From Ranitomeya imitator (lineage: Eukaryota), in the NCBI RefSeq assembly GCF_032444005.1, contig NC_091287.1, positions 441,812,001-441,876,000 of the forward strand: a DNA stretch of 64,000 nt. Reading direction: 5' to 3'. The position numbers and the translations under genes are program-made. Positions 23,468-35,432 of the stretch are shown piece after piece; the first letter of the stretch is position 1, and every line of letters starts with the position of its first letter. The notes under the pieces are model-generated. The model saw only the letters and a list, made by a program, of their open reading frames with translations. It was not told the origin of the DNA and did not search any database.

Positions 23468-26457
23468 GTACCCCCCCCTTGAGGAGGGGTCACCGAACCC
23501 TCACCAGAACCCCCAGGCCGACCAGGATGAGCCACATGAAAGGCACGAACAAGATCTGGGGCATGGACATCAGAGGCAAAAACCCAGGAATTATCTTCCT
23601 GAGCATAACCCTTCCATTTGACCAGATACTGGAGTTTCCGTCTAGAGACACGAGAATCCAAAATCTTCTCCACAATATACTCCAATTCCCCCTCCACCAA
23701 AACAGGGGCAGGAGGCTCCACAGATGGAACCATAGGTGCCACGTATCTCCTCAACAACGACCTATGGAATACATTATGTATGGAAAAGGAGTCTGGGAGG
23801 ATCAGACGAAAAGACACCGGATTGAGAATCTCAGAAATCCTATACGGACCAATAAAACGAGGTTTAAATTTAGGAGAGGAAACCTTCATAGGAATATGAC
23901 GAGAAGATAACCAAACCAGATCCCCAACACGAAGTCGGGGTCCCACACGGCGTCTGCGATTAGCGAAAAGCTGAGCCTTCTCCTGGGACAAGGTCAAATT
24001 GTCCACTACCTGAGTCCAGATCTGCTGCAACCTGTCCACCACAGAATCCACACCAGGACAGTCCGAAGACTCAACCTGTCCTGAAGAGAAACGAGGATGG
24101 AACCCAGAATTGCAGAAAAATGGAGAGACCAAGGTAGCCGAGCTGGCCCGATTATTAAGGGCGAACTCAGCCAACGGCAAAAATGACACCCAATCATCTT
24201 GGTCAGCGGAAACAAAACATCTCAGATATGTTTCCAAGGTCTGATTGGTTCGTTCGGTCTGGCCATTAGTCTGAGGATGGAAGGCCGAGGAGAAAGATAG
24301 GTCAATGCCCATCCTACCACAAAAGGCTCGCCAGAACCTCGAGACAAACTGGGAACCTCTGTCAGAAACAATATTCTCAGGAATGCCATGTAAACGAACC
24401 ACATGCTGGAAGAACAAAGGCACCAAATCAGAGGAGGAAGGCAATTTAACCAAGGGCACCAGATGGACCATTTTAGAAAAGCGATCACAGACCACCCAAA
24501 TGACCGACATTTTTTGAGAAACGGGAAGGTCAGAAATGAAATCCATCGAAATATGTGTCCAAGGCCTCTTCGGGACCGGCAAGGGCAAAAGCAACCCACT
24601 GGCACGTGAACAGCAGGGCTTAGCCCTAGCACAAATTCCACAGGACTGCACAAAAGCACGCACATCCCGTGACAGAGATGGCCACCAGAAGGATCTAGCA
24701 ACCAACTCCCTGGTACCAAAGATTCCTGGATGACCGGCCAGCACCGAACAATGAAGTTCAGAGATAACTTTACTAGTCCACCTATCAGGGACGAACAGTT
24801 TCTCGGCCGGACAACGATCAGGTTTATTAGCCTGAAATTTCTGCAACACTCTCCGCAAATCAGGGGAGATGGCAGACACAATGACTCCTTCCTTGAGGAT
24901 ACTCGCCGGCTCAGATAACCCCGGAGAGTCGGCCACAAAACTCCTAGACAGAGCATCCGCCTTCACATTTTTAGAGCCCGGAAGGTATGAAATCACAAAA
25001 TCAAAACGAGCAAAAAATAACGACCAACGGGCCTGTCTAGGATTCAAGCGCTTGGCAGACTCAAGATAAGTAAGGTTCTTATGATCAGTCAAAACCACCA
25101 CGCGATGCTTAGCACCCTCAAGCCAATGACGCCACTCCTCGAATGCCCACTTCATGGCCAGCAACTCTCGGTTGCCCACATCATAATTACGCTCAGTAGC
25201 AGAAAATTTCCTGGAAAAGAAAGCACATGGTTTGAACACTGAGCAACCAGAACCTCTCTGTGACAAAACCGCCCCTGCACCAATCTCAGAAGCATCAACC
25301 TCGACCTGGAACGGAAGAGAAACATCAGGTTGACACAACACAGGGGCACAGCAAAAACGACGCTTCAACTCCTGAAAAGCTTCCACGGCAGCAGAAGACC
25401 AATTAACCAAATCAGCACCCTTCTTGGTCAAATCGGTCAATGGTCTGGCAATGCTAGAAAAATTACAGATGAAGCGACGATAAAAATTAGCAAAGCCCAG
25501 GAATTTCTGCAGACTTTTTAGAGATGTCGGCTGAGTCCAATCCTGGATGGCCTGAACCTTAACCGGATCCATCTCGATAGTAGAAGGGGAAAAGATGAAC
25601 CCCAAAAATGAAACTTTCTGCACACCGAAGAGACACTTTGATCCCTTCACGAACAAGGAATTAGCACGCAGTACCTGGAAAACCATTCTGACTTGCTTCA
25701 CATGAGACTCCCAATCATCTGAGAAGATCAAAATGTCATCCAAGTAAACAATCAAGAATTTATCCAGATACTCACGGAAAATGTCATGCATAAAAGACTG
25801 AAAAACAGATGGAGCATTGGCAAGTCCGAACGGCATCACCAGATACTCAAAATGACCCTCGGGCGTATTAAATGCCGTTTTCCATTCATCTCCCTGCCTG
25901 ATTCTCACCAGATTATACGCACCACGAAGATCAATCTTAGTAAACCAACTAGCCCCCTTAATCCGAGCAAACAAGTCAGAAATCAATGGCAAGGGATACT
26001 GAAACTTAACAGTGATCTTATTAAGAAGGCGGTAATCAATACACGGTCTTAGCGAACCATCCTTCTTGGCTACAAAAAAGAACCCTGCTCCCAATGGTGA
26101 CGACGATGGGCGAATATGTCCCTTCTCCAGGGACTCCTTTACATAACTGCGCATAGCGGTGTGTTCAGGTACGGACAAATTAAATAAACGACCCTTAGGG
26201 AATTTACTACCAGGAATCAAATCGATAGCACAATCACAATTCCTATGCGGAGGTAGGGCATCAGACTTGGACTCTTCAAATACATCCTGAAAGTCCGACA
26301 AGAACTCTGGGATGTCAGAAGGAATGGATGACGAAATAGACAAAAATGGAACATCACCATGTACTCCCTGACAACCCCAGCTGGTTACCGACAGAGTTCC
26401 AATCCAATACTGGATTATGGGTTTGTAGCCATGGCAACCCCAACACGACCACATCAT
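23347..26457 (-). CDS. Gypsy Pol: RT, RNase H, integrase, chromodomain (frameshifted from gag-PR; true coding begins near 26395)
   Basis: YLDD; DAS/NY..RELLA/TDHKNL; H-HPG-C..C; MDFI/SDRGSQF/QTERTNQTLE; GPY; chromodomain YIVEKILDS...YLVKWKGY...NSW. Confidence 0.95.
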   Translation of the reverse strand: MMWSCWGCHGYKPIIQYWIGTLSVTSWGCQGVHGDVPFLSISSSIPSDIPEFLSDFQDVFEESKSDALPPHRNCDCAIDLIPGSKFPKGRLFNLSVPEHTAMRSYVKESLEKGHIRPSSSPLGAGFFFVAKKDGSLRPCIDYRLLNKITVKFQYPLPLISDLFARIKGASWFTKIDLRGAYNLVRIRQGDEWKTAFNTPEGHFEYLVMPFGLANAPSVFQSFMHDIFREYLDKFLIVYLDDILIFSDDWESHVKQVRMVFQVLRANSLFVKGSKCLFGVQKVSFLGFIFSPSTIEMDPVKVQAIQDWTQPTSLKSLQKFLGFANFYRRFICNFSSIARPLTDLTKKGADLVNWSSAAVEAFQELKRRFCCAPVLCQPDVSLPFQVEVDASEIGAGAVLSQRGSGCSVFKPCAFFSRKFSATERNYDVGNRELLAMKWAFEEWRHWLEGAKHRVVVLTDHKNLTYLESAKRLNPRQARWSLFFARFDFVISYLPGSKNVKADALSRSFVADSPGLSEPASILKEGVIVSAISPDLRRVLQKFQANKPDRCPAEKLFVPDRWTSKVISELHCSVLAGHPGIFGTRELVARSFWWPSLSRDVRAFVQSCGICARAKPCCSRASGLLLPLPVPKRPWTHISMDFISDLPVSQKMSVIWVVCDRFSKMVHLVPLVKLPSSSDLVPLFFQHVVRLHGIPENIVSDRGSQFVSRFWRAFCGRMGIDLSFSSAFHPQTNGQTERTNQTLETYLRCFVSADQDDWVSFLPLAEFALNNRASSATLVSPFFCNSGFHPRFSSGQVESSDCPGVDSVVDRLQQIWTQVVDNLTLSQEKAQLFANRRRRVGPRLRVGDLVWLSSRHIPMKVSSPKFKPRFIGPYRISEILNPVSFRLILPDSFSIHNVFHRSLLRRYVAPMVPSVEPPAPVLVEGELEYIVEKILDSRVSRRKLQYLVKWKGYAQEDNSWVFASDVHAPDLVRAFHVAHPGRPGGSGEGSVTPPQGGGTVVNSVAEFTSVVTSGIAVSGLPPSGVLVSSLAALLFSST

Positions 26458-27526
26458 GCAAATTATGCAGTACCAGAAAGCGAATAACTTCCTGATGTGC
26501 AGGAGCCATGCACATGGTCAGCTGGGCCCAGTACTGAGGCTTATTCTTGGCCAAAGGTGTAGCATCAATTCCTCTCAACGGAATAGGACACCGCAAAGGC
26601 TCCAAGAAAAATCCACAACGTCTAGCATAATCCAAATCCATCAGATTCAGGGCAGCGCCTGAATCCACAAACGCCATGACAGAATACGATGACAAAGAGC
26701 ACATTAAGGTAATGGACAAACGGAATTTGGACTGTACAGTACCAATAACGGCAGAGCTATCGAACCGCCTAGTGCGTTTAGGACAATTAGAAATAGCATG
26801 AGTAGAATCACCACAATAGAAACACAGTCTGTTCAGACGTCTGTGTTCTTGCCGTTCTACTTTAGTCATAGTCCTGTCGCACTGCATAGGCTCAGGTTTA
26901 CTCTCAGACAATACCGCCAGATGGTGCACAGATTTACGCTCGCGCAAGCGACGACCGATCTGAATGGCCAAGGACATAGACTCATTCAAACCAGCAGGCA
27001 TAGGAAATCCCACCATTACATCCTTAAGAGCTTCAGAGAGACCCTTTCTGAACAAAGCCGCTAGTGCAGATTCATTCCACAGAGTGAGTACTGACCACTT
27101 CCTAAATTTCTGACAATATACTTCTACATCATCCTGACCCTGGCATAAAGCCAGCAGATTTTTCTCAGCCTGATCCACTGAATTAGGCTCATCGTAAAGC
27201 AATCCCAGCGCCTGGAAAAATGCATCAACATTACTCAATGCAGAATCTCCTGGTGCAAGAGAAAACGCCCAGTCCTGTGGGTCGCCGCGCAAAAAAGAAA
27301 TAATAATCAAAACCTGTTGAATAGGATTACCAGAAGAATGAGGTTTCAAGGCCAAAAATAGCTTACACATATTTCTGAAGCTCAGGAACTTAGTTCTGTC
27401 ACCAAAAAACAAATCAGGAATCGGAATTCTTGGTTCTAGCATCGATTTCTGATCAATAGTATCTTGAATCTTTTGTACATTTACAACGAGATTATCCATT
27501 GAGGAGCACAGAGCCTGAATATCCAT
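26354..27526 (-). CDS. Gypsy Gag, zinc knuckle and aspartic protease
   Basis: First ATG at 27526 (MDIQALCSS); CFYCGDSTHAISNC CCHC knuckle; VDSGA protease site; frame shifts after HNPVLDWNS. Confidence 0.9.
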   Translation of the reverse strand: MDIQALCSSMDNLVVNVQKIQDTIDQKSMLEPRIPIPDLFFGDRTKFLSFRNMCKLFLALKPHSSGNPIQQVLIIISFLRGDPQDWAFSLAPGDSALSNVDAFFQALGLLYDEPNSVDQAEKNLLALCQGQDDVEVYCQKFRKWSVLTLWNESALAALFRKGLSEALKDVMVGFPMPAGLNESMSLAIQIGRRLRERKSVHHLAVLSESKPEPMQCDRTMTKVERQEHRRLNRLCFYCGDSTHAISNCPKRTRRFDSSAVIGTVQSKFRLSITLMCSLSSYSVMAFVDSGAALNLMDLDYARRCGFFLEPLRCPIPLRGIDATPLAKNKPQYWAQLTMCMAPAHQEVIRFLVLHNLHDVVVLGLPWLQTHNPVLDWNSVGNQLGLSGSTW

Positions 27527-27658
27527 GTCCACAGCTGTGTCCTGAAGCACTCTAATGTCTAGGGGAAAAAAAAGACTGAAGACAGAGCTAAGAAAAAAAA
27601 AATGCTGTCAGGATTTCTTTTTTCCCTCTATTGGGAATCATTGGATGGCTCCTTGTAC

Positions 27659-28407
27659 TGTTATGGCTGGCAATCAGGCAACACAGCGTGCAGTAATCAG
27701 CGCACATACAGAGATCTGGCAATAACCAAAAACAATAGGACGAGCTCTGAGACGTGGAATCTCTGTAGACTGCAGTACCTGATCTATCCTCACACAACTA
27801 TAAGCAGCAGTGGATTGCGCCTAACAACTACCTATGCAACTCGGCACTGCCTGAGGAGCCGACTAGCCTGAAGATAGAAATACAAGCCTGACTTACCTCA
27901 GAGAAATACCCCAAAGGAATAGGCAGCCCCCCACATATAATGACTGTTAGCAAGATGAAAAGACAAACGTAGGAATGAAATAGATTCAGCAAAGTGAGGC
28001 TCGATATTCTAGACAGAGCGAGGATAGCAAAGAGAACTATGCAGTCTACAAAAAACCCTAAAACGAAAACCACGCAAAGGGGCAAAAAGACCCACCGTGC
28101 CGAACTAACAGCACGGCGGTGCACCCTTTTGCTTCTCAGAGCTTCCAGCAAAAGTTAATAGCAAGCTGGACAGAAAAAACAGAAAACAAACTAGAAGCAC
28201 TTATCTAGCAGAGCAGCAGGCCCAAGGAAAGATGCAGTAGCTCAGATCCAACACTGGAACATTGACAAGGAGCAAGGAAGACAGACTCAGGTGGAGCTAA
28301 ATAGCAAGGCAGCCAACGAGCTCACCAAAACACCTGAGGGAGGAAGCCCAGAGACTGCAATACCACTTGTGACCACAGAAGTGAACTCAGCCACAGAATT
28401 CACAACA
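27659..28407 (-). repeat. 5' LTR (749 bp)
   Basis: TG...CA ends; TATTTA box on the minus strand at 28303-28298. Confidence 0.95.
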
Positions 28408-29204
28408 GCGGCCGCTGTGACCGTGCCTCCAACCTTGACTGACATCGGCTCTACATTGCGGCTGGCTGTCAGTGAGGGCCACAGTCGCCGGCCCCGCCGC
28501 TATGCTCAGAGCGGTGACTGAACGAGCACTAGCCCCGCCCCTATGACGGAATACCCCATGCTGGCAGGGGGAATAAACATCATGTTCTCCCTGCTGCATT
28601 GACTATGCGCAGGTGCCGGGCAGCATCATAACACTGTTGACCTGCAGATTAACCCCATGACAGGTTCCATTTAATAACATTATGCGTTTGATCGCTTTGT
28701 TTCCGAAATATTAGACTTATTGACCAGAAGCACGACGCAGGCAGCGGTATAGCTCCTCCATTGTGCAGGTCACACAAATCATCTGCAGAGCTGCACAATA
28801 GCACTGTGTAATGCTACTCATTCCACCGGAGACCTGCCGGGACAGAACAACATTCTTTCTACCTCCAATATCCTGTGAACTTAGAACTAGAAGCAACCCT
28901 GCCCCTAAGAAAAAAAAGTCTACACTGAATGCCAGACGCTGCACGCTACATCACATGTGATTACACAAGTCACGCTCCAACCGTCCATGCAAGCAGCGGC
29001 TTCACACACAGCACTATTTGTTCTTGCAGAATGAAGAATTTGGAAATTAATGACGCGCTCTCAGAGTTTATCCTCATGGTATACTATAGTCATATTATAT
29101 GGCACTGAGTACTTACAATTGCTCATTTTGCCTTTCTACCGAGATAATTCTCCTCTTTTCTCTGCTCTACATGGCTGTTTGGATCCTCCCCTGCAATAAC
29201 ATTT

Positions 29205-29820
29205 CTGTAACGCCGGTGGGTGTGAAGCCACTGTGCCACGGGCCGGGCTTACCCTGGGGGGGTGTGACTAAACAACAAGCTGGTTATCGCCTCTCGTGGC
29301 GAGGTTAGGCTTGGTCGCAGGTCGTCGTCGTCGCCAGGTACCACACCAGGGCAGTTCTGGGACTGCACCAGAGGGTCAGAGGCACAGGCATGAAGTACAG
29401 GAGGGTAAAAAACAAGACATGGTCAGTAGGAGAAGCAGAGAGGTCTGGAGCAGAGAGGTCAGGCAGGAGGAATACAGGCTCTGCTATTCATGGAAAGCAG
29501 CATACAGGATAACGCATAACCATGTGCTACAAGGTAGGAACCAACGTTCAGGCTGAGAGTGGCGGGTAGCGCTGCCTAATATAGGACCTGTCGGCACAGG
29601 AAAGGCTGGGAAAACTAATCTCTGCAGGACACGGCAGGGCTAAATTCCTGCACAGACCGGCCACGCCCCCCTAAGGCAAGATGGATACCACATGTACATG
29701 CGGTGGTGCTGAGGAGAGCAGGAGGAAAAACTCTGTGGAGCAGCCCGCCACGATGAGAAACCGCACGTTGAGTGGGGTGACTGAGGATGCATGCAGGTTG
29801 CCGCCATGATACGTTTGCAA
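29205..29820. mobile_element. Degenerate solo LTR inside a fold-back MITE (~29050-30045)
   Basis: Starts tgtaacgcc. Flanked by the inverted pair acaattgctcattttgcctttctacc (~29115) / ggtagaaaggcaaaatgagcaattgt (~29941). Confidence 0.5.
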
Positions 29821-32330
29821 TGACTCATGACTTGTGCAGAGAAATTTGACCTACTGTTCCCACAGAGCTTAGAACGATTCAGCTAATCCGTTTTTAATCA
29901 TGTGATCTCACAGATCGAATGGAAAAGAGAAGAATTAATGGGTAGAAAGGCAAAATGAGCAATTGTAAAAACATAGTGATATAGAATATGAAATATGACA
30001 AAGTTGGCACTCAATTTGTGATAAAAAAGGATTACCTTTTATGTGTATTAAATTTTCCAGACAATAAGGGTATGTTTCCACGTTCAGTATTTGCTGCGGA
30101 TTGGACGCTGCGTACAGCCGCACTGTCCAATCCACAGTGCCCAGATGTTACCGCAGGAGGGCGGCGATCATAAGAAGATGGGAGGCACCGGACCTGCGAC
30201 ACCCATCGGACCGGACCACCACCGGGTCAGTATAATAAAACTGATTTTTCTTATCTTTCAGGTCGGATCGGGGGCTTATCTACAGGATTATAAAATAAGA
30301 TAAGCCCCGAAAGGAGGTGGCCGCGGCTTATTTCGGCCAGACCTGGTGACAGGTACGCTTTAAACTTGACATGTTAAAAGGTAAAATATCTACCCAAGTG
30401 TCACTTACTTTCCTTCTACCCCCGCTACCATGATTTCAGGACAAAAAACATCAATACAGGACTGGTGGTCTTGCAAACTGCATCTGTTCTACAGCAGTAA
30501 TGTTAGAGCAGGAGGAGCTGATCAGATTGATACATTTGTATGGGAAAAGTTTCATTCAATGAGATCCCTGATGTCTGTCTGCACACGAGTCCAGTGGGCG
30601 GTCCTATCAAGTGATTGACAGGCTTTCCTCTAGGACTGTGCATGCAGAGATAGCTGTCAGGGAATTCAATGAATAAAATACAAGTTATAGTGAACTTTTC
30701 CAACAAACCTGTAGATCATTCTGGTCAGCATCTCCTCTACACCGTGCTGCCCACAGACCAGACTGCATGGACGAAGCAGCAGGTTCCCCTCACACCTTTT
30801 AACATTTCATAAAAAAAAAAAAAAGTGATATTAATATAAGCACAATCTGTACATTGCCGATACACTGGGTTTATCCAGAATGCATGCTTCTAGCCGATTT
30901 ATCTGCATGCACGGAGCATGGCACTTGTGGTTAATAATCACTGATTAATATGTATACAACCCCGAATTCACATACATGACGCACACGTCCCGTCTGATGC
31001 CAATGGTGGCTGTGTAGGAAGGATGCGTCTAATCCCTAGGATCACATGTGCACACAATGGAAATACATTAAGCAAAAATGCACAGAATATTTATATAAAA
31101 TCGCCAATAGCTCACTCCATGCATTGTTAGCCAGCAAATTCAGACCAAAGACGCTACAAACACCATGCAAATATGAAATGCAAAAACCGAGCAGAAATAC
31201 GGCAGCTACCAAGAGGCACAACACCAAGGCCACACAATTACCAGGCTGGTCTCTTCCTCACGGCACGCATCTTCTGACTTGAGATCAAGATCTGAATTTG
31301 AGGGACAACCCAACAAAAACAACATTAGTCTTCAGTTATAGGATTCTAGGCCTCGCATTGTGGCGTTTTGGGGATCAGCAAGAATCCACAATGTAAAAGA
31401 TTTCTCTACAACGCATCTCTCACTTGAAAAAAAAAAGGTCCGAAGAGTCCAGGAGTCACCACTCGCCCGTATTGTCCCCTCTCTCACCCACATGCAACAA
31501 ACGCAGTAAATGGCACATTACTTTTAACATAGTGCGGCCACCAGGGGGCAGAATGCGCAGGGACAAGTAGTACGATATGTGGATGACCAAGTCTCTTTCA
31601 GGAGGGCAAGCCCACGGTGGTTTTCAAGAAAGACCCTTCAGGACATGTTGATATAGTTTTTTTTTTTTTTAAGTTTTTGACATCTGGCAGCACTTCTGGG
31701 GCATTTAGATTTTTTTACTGCCATTTTCCAAACATTATTTTTAACTCCATTCAACAAAAACGCTGCCGAAACGCTCAAAGATGCACCGACTTACATTATA
31801 AAGTATAGAGCATCTTCAGAGCTGATCATGATCGGGTCACTTCTCTGGGAACCTGAAGTGGTTAAAATACGCACAAGAGACTGAATACAGGAACAGAAAG
31901 TCTTTTTGGCATAGAAATGCTTATGCCCATTCTTCAAGCATTTAGATATGGCTTTTTCGGTGGGTTTTGTAGTGGACTCGCCTGACACAGACATTGTGTG
32001 CACATACCCGTAGTGGTGGCCTTGTGATGAGGGAGGTAGATATAAAGGCAATGGATGAGCCCTGGATGGGTTTGGGTAAGGTATAAGACCCCCGTGCCCC
32101 CATAGGGCCGAGTTAAATAGTGGCCATTTAGTAATATGCGGGCGCAGAACGCCGGATGTGATTAAGTCTAGCATTCTCTGGTGGACCTCGGGGAGTAAAG
32201 GTTTCATGGTTGATAGACAATAATCGCAATGATTTGGAAATGTACAAATTGTAATGATCATTATTATGTATAATAGATAAAAAAGCAAGATATTGGCCTG
32301 ATACGTCATGTATAAAGAACGTATAGCACC

Positions 32331-32610
32331 TATTATTGAGAGAACATGGTCAGATAAGGTGTTATCTTGGCATGCTCACCTGCTAACCGAGTAACTTTGG
32401 CGTGCCCGAAAAATATGTTTGAGTCCCCGCAGCTGAACGTCTCACAGCTCTTCGACAGCCACAATACATGCAAGGATTACCTAACAATCAGGCAATCCCT
32501 ACATGTGTCTCTGCTGTCGAACAGCAGCGGGGACTCAAAATTATTTTTTGAGGCACACCAGACGAGCATGCTTAGATAACACCTTATCCCGGCACGTTCG
32601 CTCATCACTA
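32331..32610. mobile_element. hAT-like MITE
   Basis: Ends gttcgctcatcacta; inverted pair agataaggtgttatct...gcatgctc / gagcatgcttagataacaccttatc. Confidence 0.55.
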
Positions 32611-33311
32611 ATAGCAAGTTCTGCCGCTGTATGACATCCTATTATATAGGTGTTTTCCCCCAATAGAGGACTTGTCACAAGACAGACTATGAGTGCCCAT
32701 CATGGTGTCAGGCAGGAATCTTCTATTCCATGTGGAGGCGCTGCAGAGCCCCACAGGATACTTTGGGGGCTGCATTACGGCACCATACAATACAGGGGGA
32801 TAAAGAGCAGCAATGTCAGATACTGATCAGGCTGATAGCATTCATTGCCAAACTAATCAGGACGATCAGAAGAATTCATCTGGAAGCAGGGGCAGCCTCA
32901 ACCAGAATGACTCATTACTGTCAACTGCAGCAAGTCCTACAGATGACAGCCATGGGAACCATTACTTATGCTCATTAGTAGTTTTCTTTTTCGGAATTAT
33001 GCAAAATGATCCATTAAACACCTGTGATGTTATTAAAAAAGACCACCTATTAAGGATAGGGCTACATGGCGACAGCAAATCTCAGAGCAACCAAAAACAG
33101 TTGTGCAACTTGTTGTCGCGAGACCATTTTACAGCTGTGATTTTGCTGTACTGAAAAAAAATAAAAAAAGGCCAAATCAAAGATATGTTGCGAATTCCAT
33201 GGCAAGCGAGTCGCGTGCAACTTGCAACAGAAAATGAAACACTTGGAAACATTTGTGACTTGGTGTTGCTGCAGGTCGCAGGGTTGCAGGAGGTGACAGG
33301 TCGCCGTGCGA

Positions 33312-34370
33312 CACCATAGGAAATCATCAGATGCAATGTCACCATGGGAAATCATCAAATGCAACGTCACCATAGGAAATCATCAGATGCAACGTCACCA
33401 TGGGAAATCATCAGATGCAACGTCACCATAGGAAATCATCAGATGCAACGTCACCATGGGAAATCATCAGATGCAACGTCACCATGGGAAATCATCAGAT
33501 GCAACGTCACCATGGGAAATCATCAGATGCAACGTCACCATGGGAAATCATCAGATGCAACGTCACCATAGGAAATCATCAGATGCAACGTCACCATAGG
33601 AAATCATCAGATGCAACGTCACCATGGGAAATCATCAGATGCAACGTCACCATGGGAAATCATCAGATGCAACGTCACCATAGGAAATCATCAGATGCAA
33701 CGTCACCATGGGAAATCATCAAATGCAACGTCACCATGGGAAATCATCAGATGCAACGTCACCATGGGAAATCATCAGATGCAACGTCACCATGGGAAAT
33801 CATCAGATGCAACGTCACCATGGGAAATCATCAAATGCAACGTCACCATGGGAAATCATCAAATGCAACGTCACCATGGGAAATCATCAAATGCAACGTC
33901 ACCATGGGAAATCATCAGATGCAACGTCACCATGGGAAATCATCAGATGCAACGTCACCATGGGAAATCATCAGATGCAACGTCACCATGGGAAATCATC
34001 AAATGCAACGTCACCATGGGAAATCATCAAATGCAACGTCACCATGGGAAATCATCAAATGCAACGTTACCATGGGAAATCATCAAATGCAACGTCACCA
34101 TGGGAAATCATCAGATGCAATGTCACCATAGGAAGTCAGATGCAACGTCACCATGGGAAATCATCAGACGCAACGTCACCATGGGAAATCATCAGATGCA
34201 ATGTCCCCATAGGAAATCATCAGATGCAATGTCACCATAGGAAATCATCAGATGCAACGTCACCATAGGAAATCAGACGCAACGTCACCATGGGAAATCA
34301 TCAGATGCAACGTCACCATAGGAAATCAGACGCAACGTCACCATAGGAAATCATCAGATGCAATGTCGCC
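33312..34370. repeat. 28-bp minisatellite, apparently expanded inside a MITE (~33060-34380)
   Basis: About 38 copies of accat(g/a)ggaaatcatca(g/a)atgcaacgtc; flanking inverted pair acatggcgac / gtcgccatgt. Confidence 0.93.
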
Positions 34371-34492
34371 ATGTGATACTGTGACGAGGGTCATGTGACA
34401 CGTCGCCTTAGGATAATTACTTAGACGATCCATGGTGTGTAAACACTCTCCTAGGACTGATACTCAGACATCTACAACAATCACCAATATCT

Positions 34493-35432
34493 ATAAACAA
34501 AACATCAGCAAAAAATACCAAAGATAAATGCTGGCGACTCAAATCATAATCATATATAAAGGAGAACTAAGAGTCCAAAAATAGCCAAAATTACGTATGT
34601 TCAATCATAAACTATATTTATTGATAATTTATACAACTGTACAACAACATTAACATTTAAAAACGTACCACTTATGTAATATTATGTGATAATTCCGTGG
34701 ATACATCAAAAAAACAAAGATCATAGATCAGAACTCTGCCCGGTATACCTATAGGTAACATGCAGCTAATGTGCTATAATAGCAAGTGCTGAGCTACTGA
34801 TTGGCCATGGCATTCAGACTGTCCATCAGAGTAAATGTGTGCAATGACAGAGAATGTTTAATAACAGCTATGCCACCCGGCCGATCATGCGCTCAAGATG
34901 GTAACATTAAAACAGTACAATCCAGGTTGTATTACCCATAGTAGATGTGGCAGGTCCTGTCCTGGTCCTTGTGTGGCTACCCCAACGCGCGTTTCGCGTA
35001 TGGTGAATACCGCTTCCTCAGGAAGACGCGAAACGCGCGTTGGGGTAGCCACACAAGGACCAGGACAGGACCTGCCACATCTACTATGGGTAATACAACC
35101 TGGATTGTACTGTTTTAATGTTACCATCTTGAGCGCATGATCGGCAGGGTGGCATAGCTGTTATTAAACATTCTCTGTCATTGCACACATTTTCTCTGAT
35201 GGACAGTCTGAATGCCATGGCCAATCAGTAGCTCAGCACTTGCTATTATAGCACATTAGCTGCATGTTACCTATAGGTATACCGGGCAGAGTTCTGATCT
35301 ATGATCTTTGTTTTTTTGATGTATCCACGGAATTATCACATAATATTACATAAGTGGTACGTTTTTAAATGTTAATGTTGTTGTACAGTTGTATAAATTA
35401 TCAATAAATATAGTTTATGATTGAACATACGT
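34493..35432. mobile_element. Penelope-like inverted pLTR insertion (846-bp fold-back plus tail)
   Basis: 410-bp arms at 34590-34999 and 35026-35435 with about 2 mismatches and a 26-nt spacer; 14-bp direct repeat aatcaccaatatct at 34479-34492 and 35433-35446; ACGCGTTTCG...CTTCCTCAGG-type motif. Confidence 0.85.
34980..35025 (-). ncRNA. Minimal Penelope-type hammerhead ribozyme motif
   Basis: CUUC CUGAGGA A GCGGUAU-ucacc-AUACGC GAA ACGCGCGU U/ GGGG. Stem I is weak (2 GC + 2 GU) and the cleavage triplet is GUU. Confidence 0.65.

Larger units (their letters stand above)
22721..28407 (-). mobile_element. Full-length Ty3/Gypsy chromovirus (Tf1/sushi-like) LTR retrotransposon
   Basis: TG...CA LTRs at 22721-23467 and 27659-28407; GCGGCC direct repeats at 22715-22720 and 28408-28413; polypurine tract next to 23467; gag-PR and RT-RH-IN-chromodomain ORFs. 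Confidence 0.97.
22519..28674. mobile_element. T2/Kolobok-type palindromic MITE split by the Gypsy insertion (arms 22519-22720 and 28408-28674)
   Basis: TTAA|agggaagcc...gacaggttccat|TTAA. The arms are reverse complements (ggggttaatctgaaggttaacag / ctgttgacctgcagattaacccc; cataggggcggggct / agccccgcccctatg). Confidence 0.75.

Noticed and set aside
23479-27064. Plus-strand ORFs antisense to the Gypsy genes
   Set aside because: Short shadow frames of the coding strand.
30409-30431. ATG followed by a perfect AA|gtaagt donor on the minus strand
   Set aside because: Phase 2, incompatible with the phase-1 acceptor of exon 2.
31791-32309. 172-aa ORF with a faint retroviral RT-like stretch (LITSGVLRP...FNSALW)
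   Set aside because: No other RT motifs, and the C-terminal half runs into a MITE; similarity too weak.
33312-34370. CRISPR-like regular 28-bp repeats and the MGNHQMQRHH ORFs
   Set aside because: Head-to-tail repeats with no unique spacers, no cas genes, eukaryotic context.
34885-35140. Identical 80-aa ORFs on both strands
   Set aside because: A consequence of the palindrome, not a gene pair.
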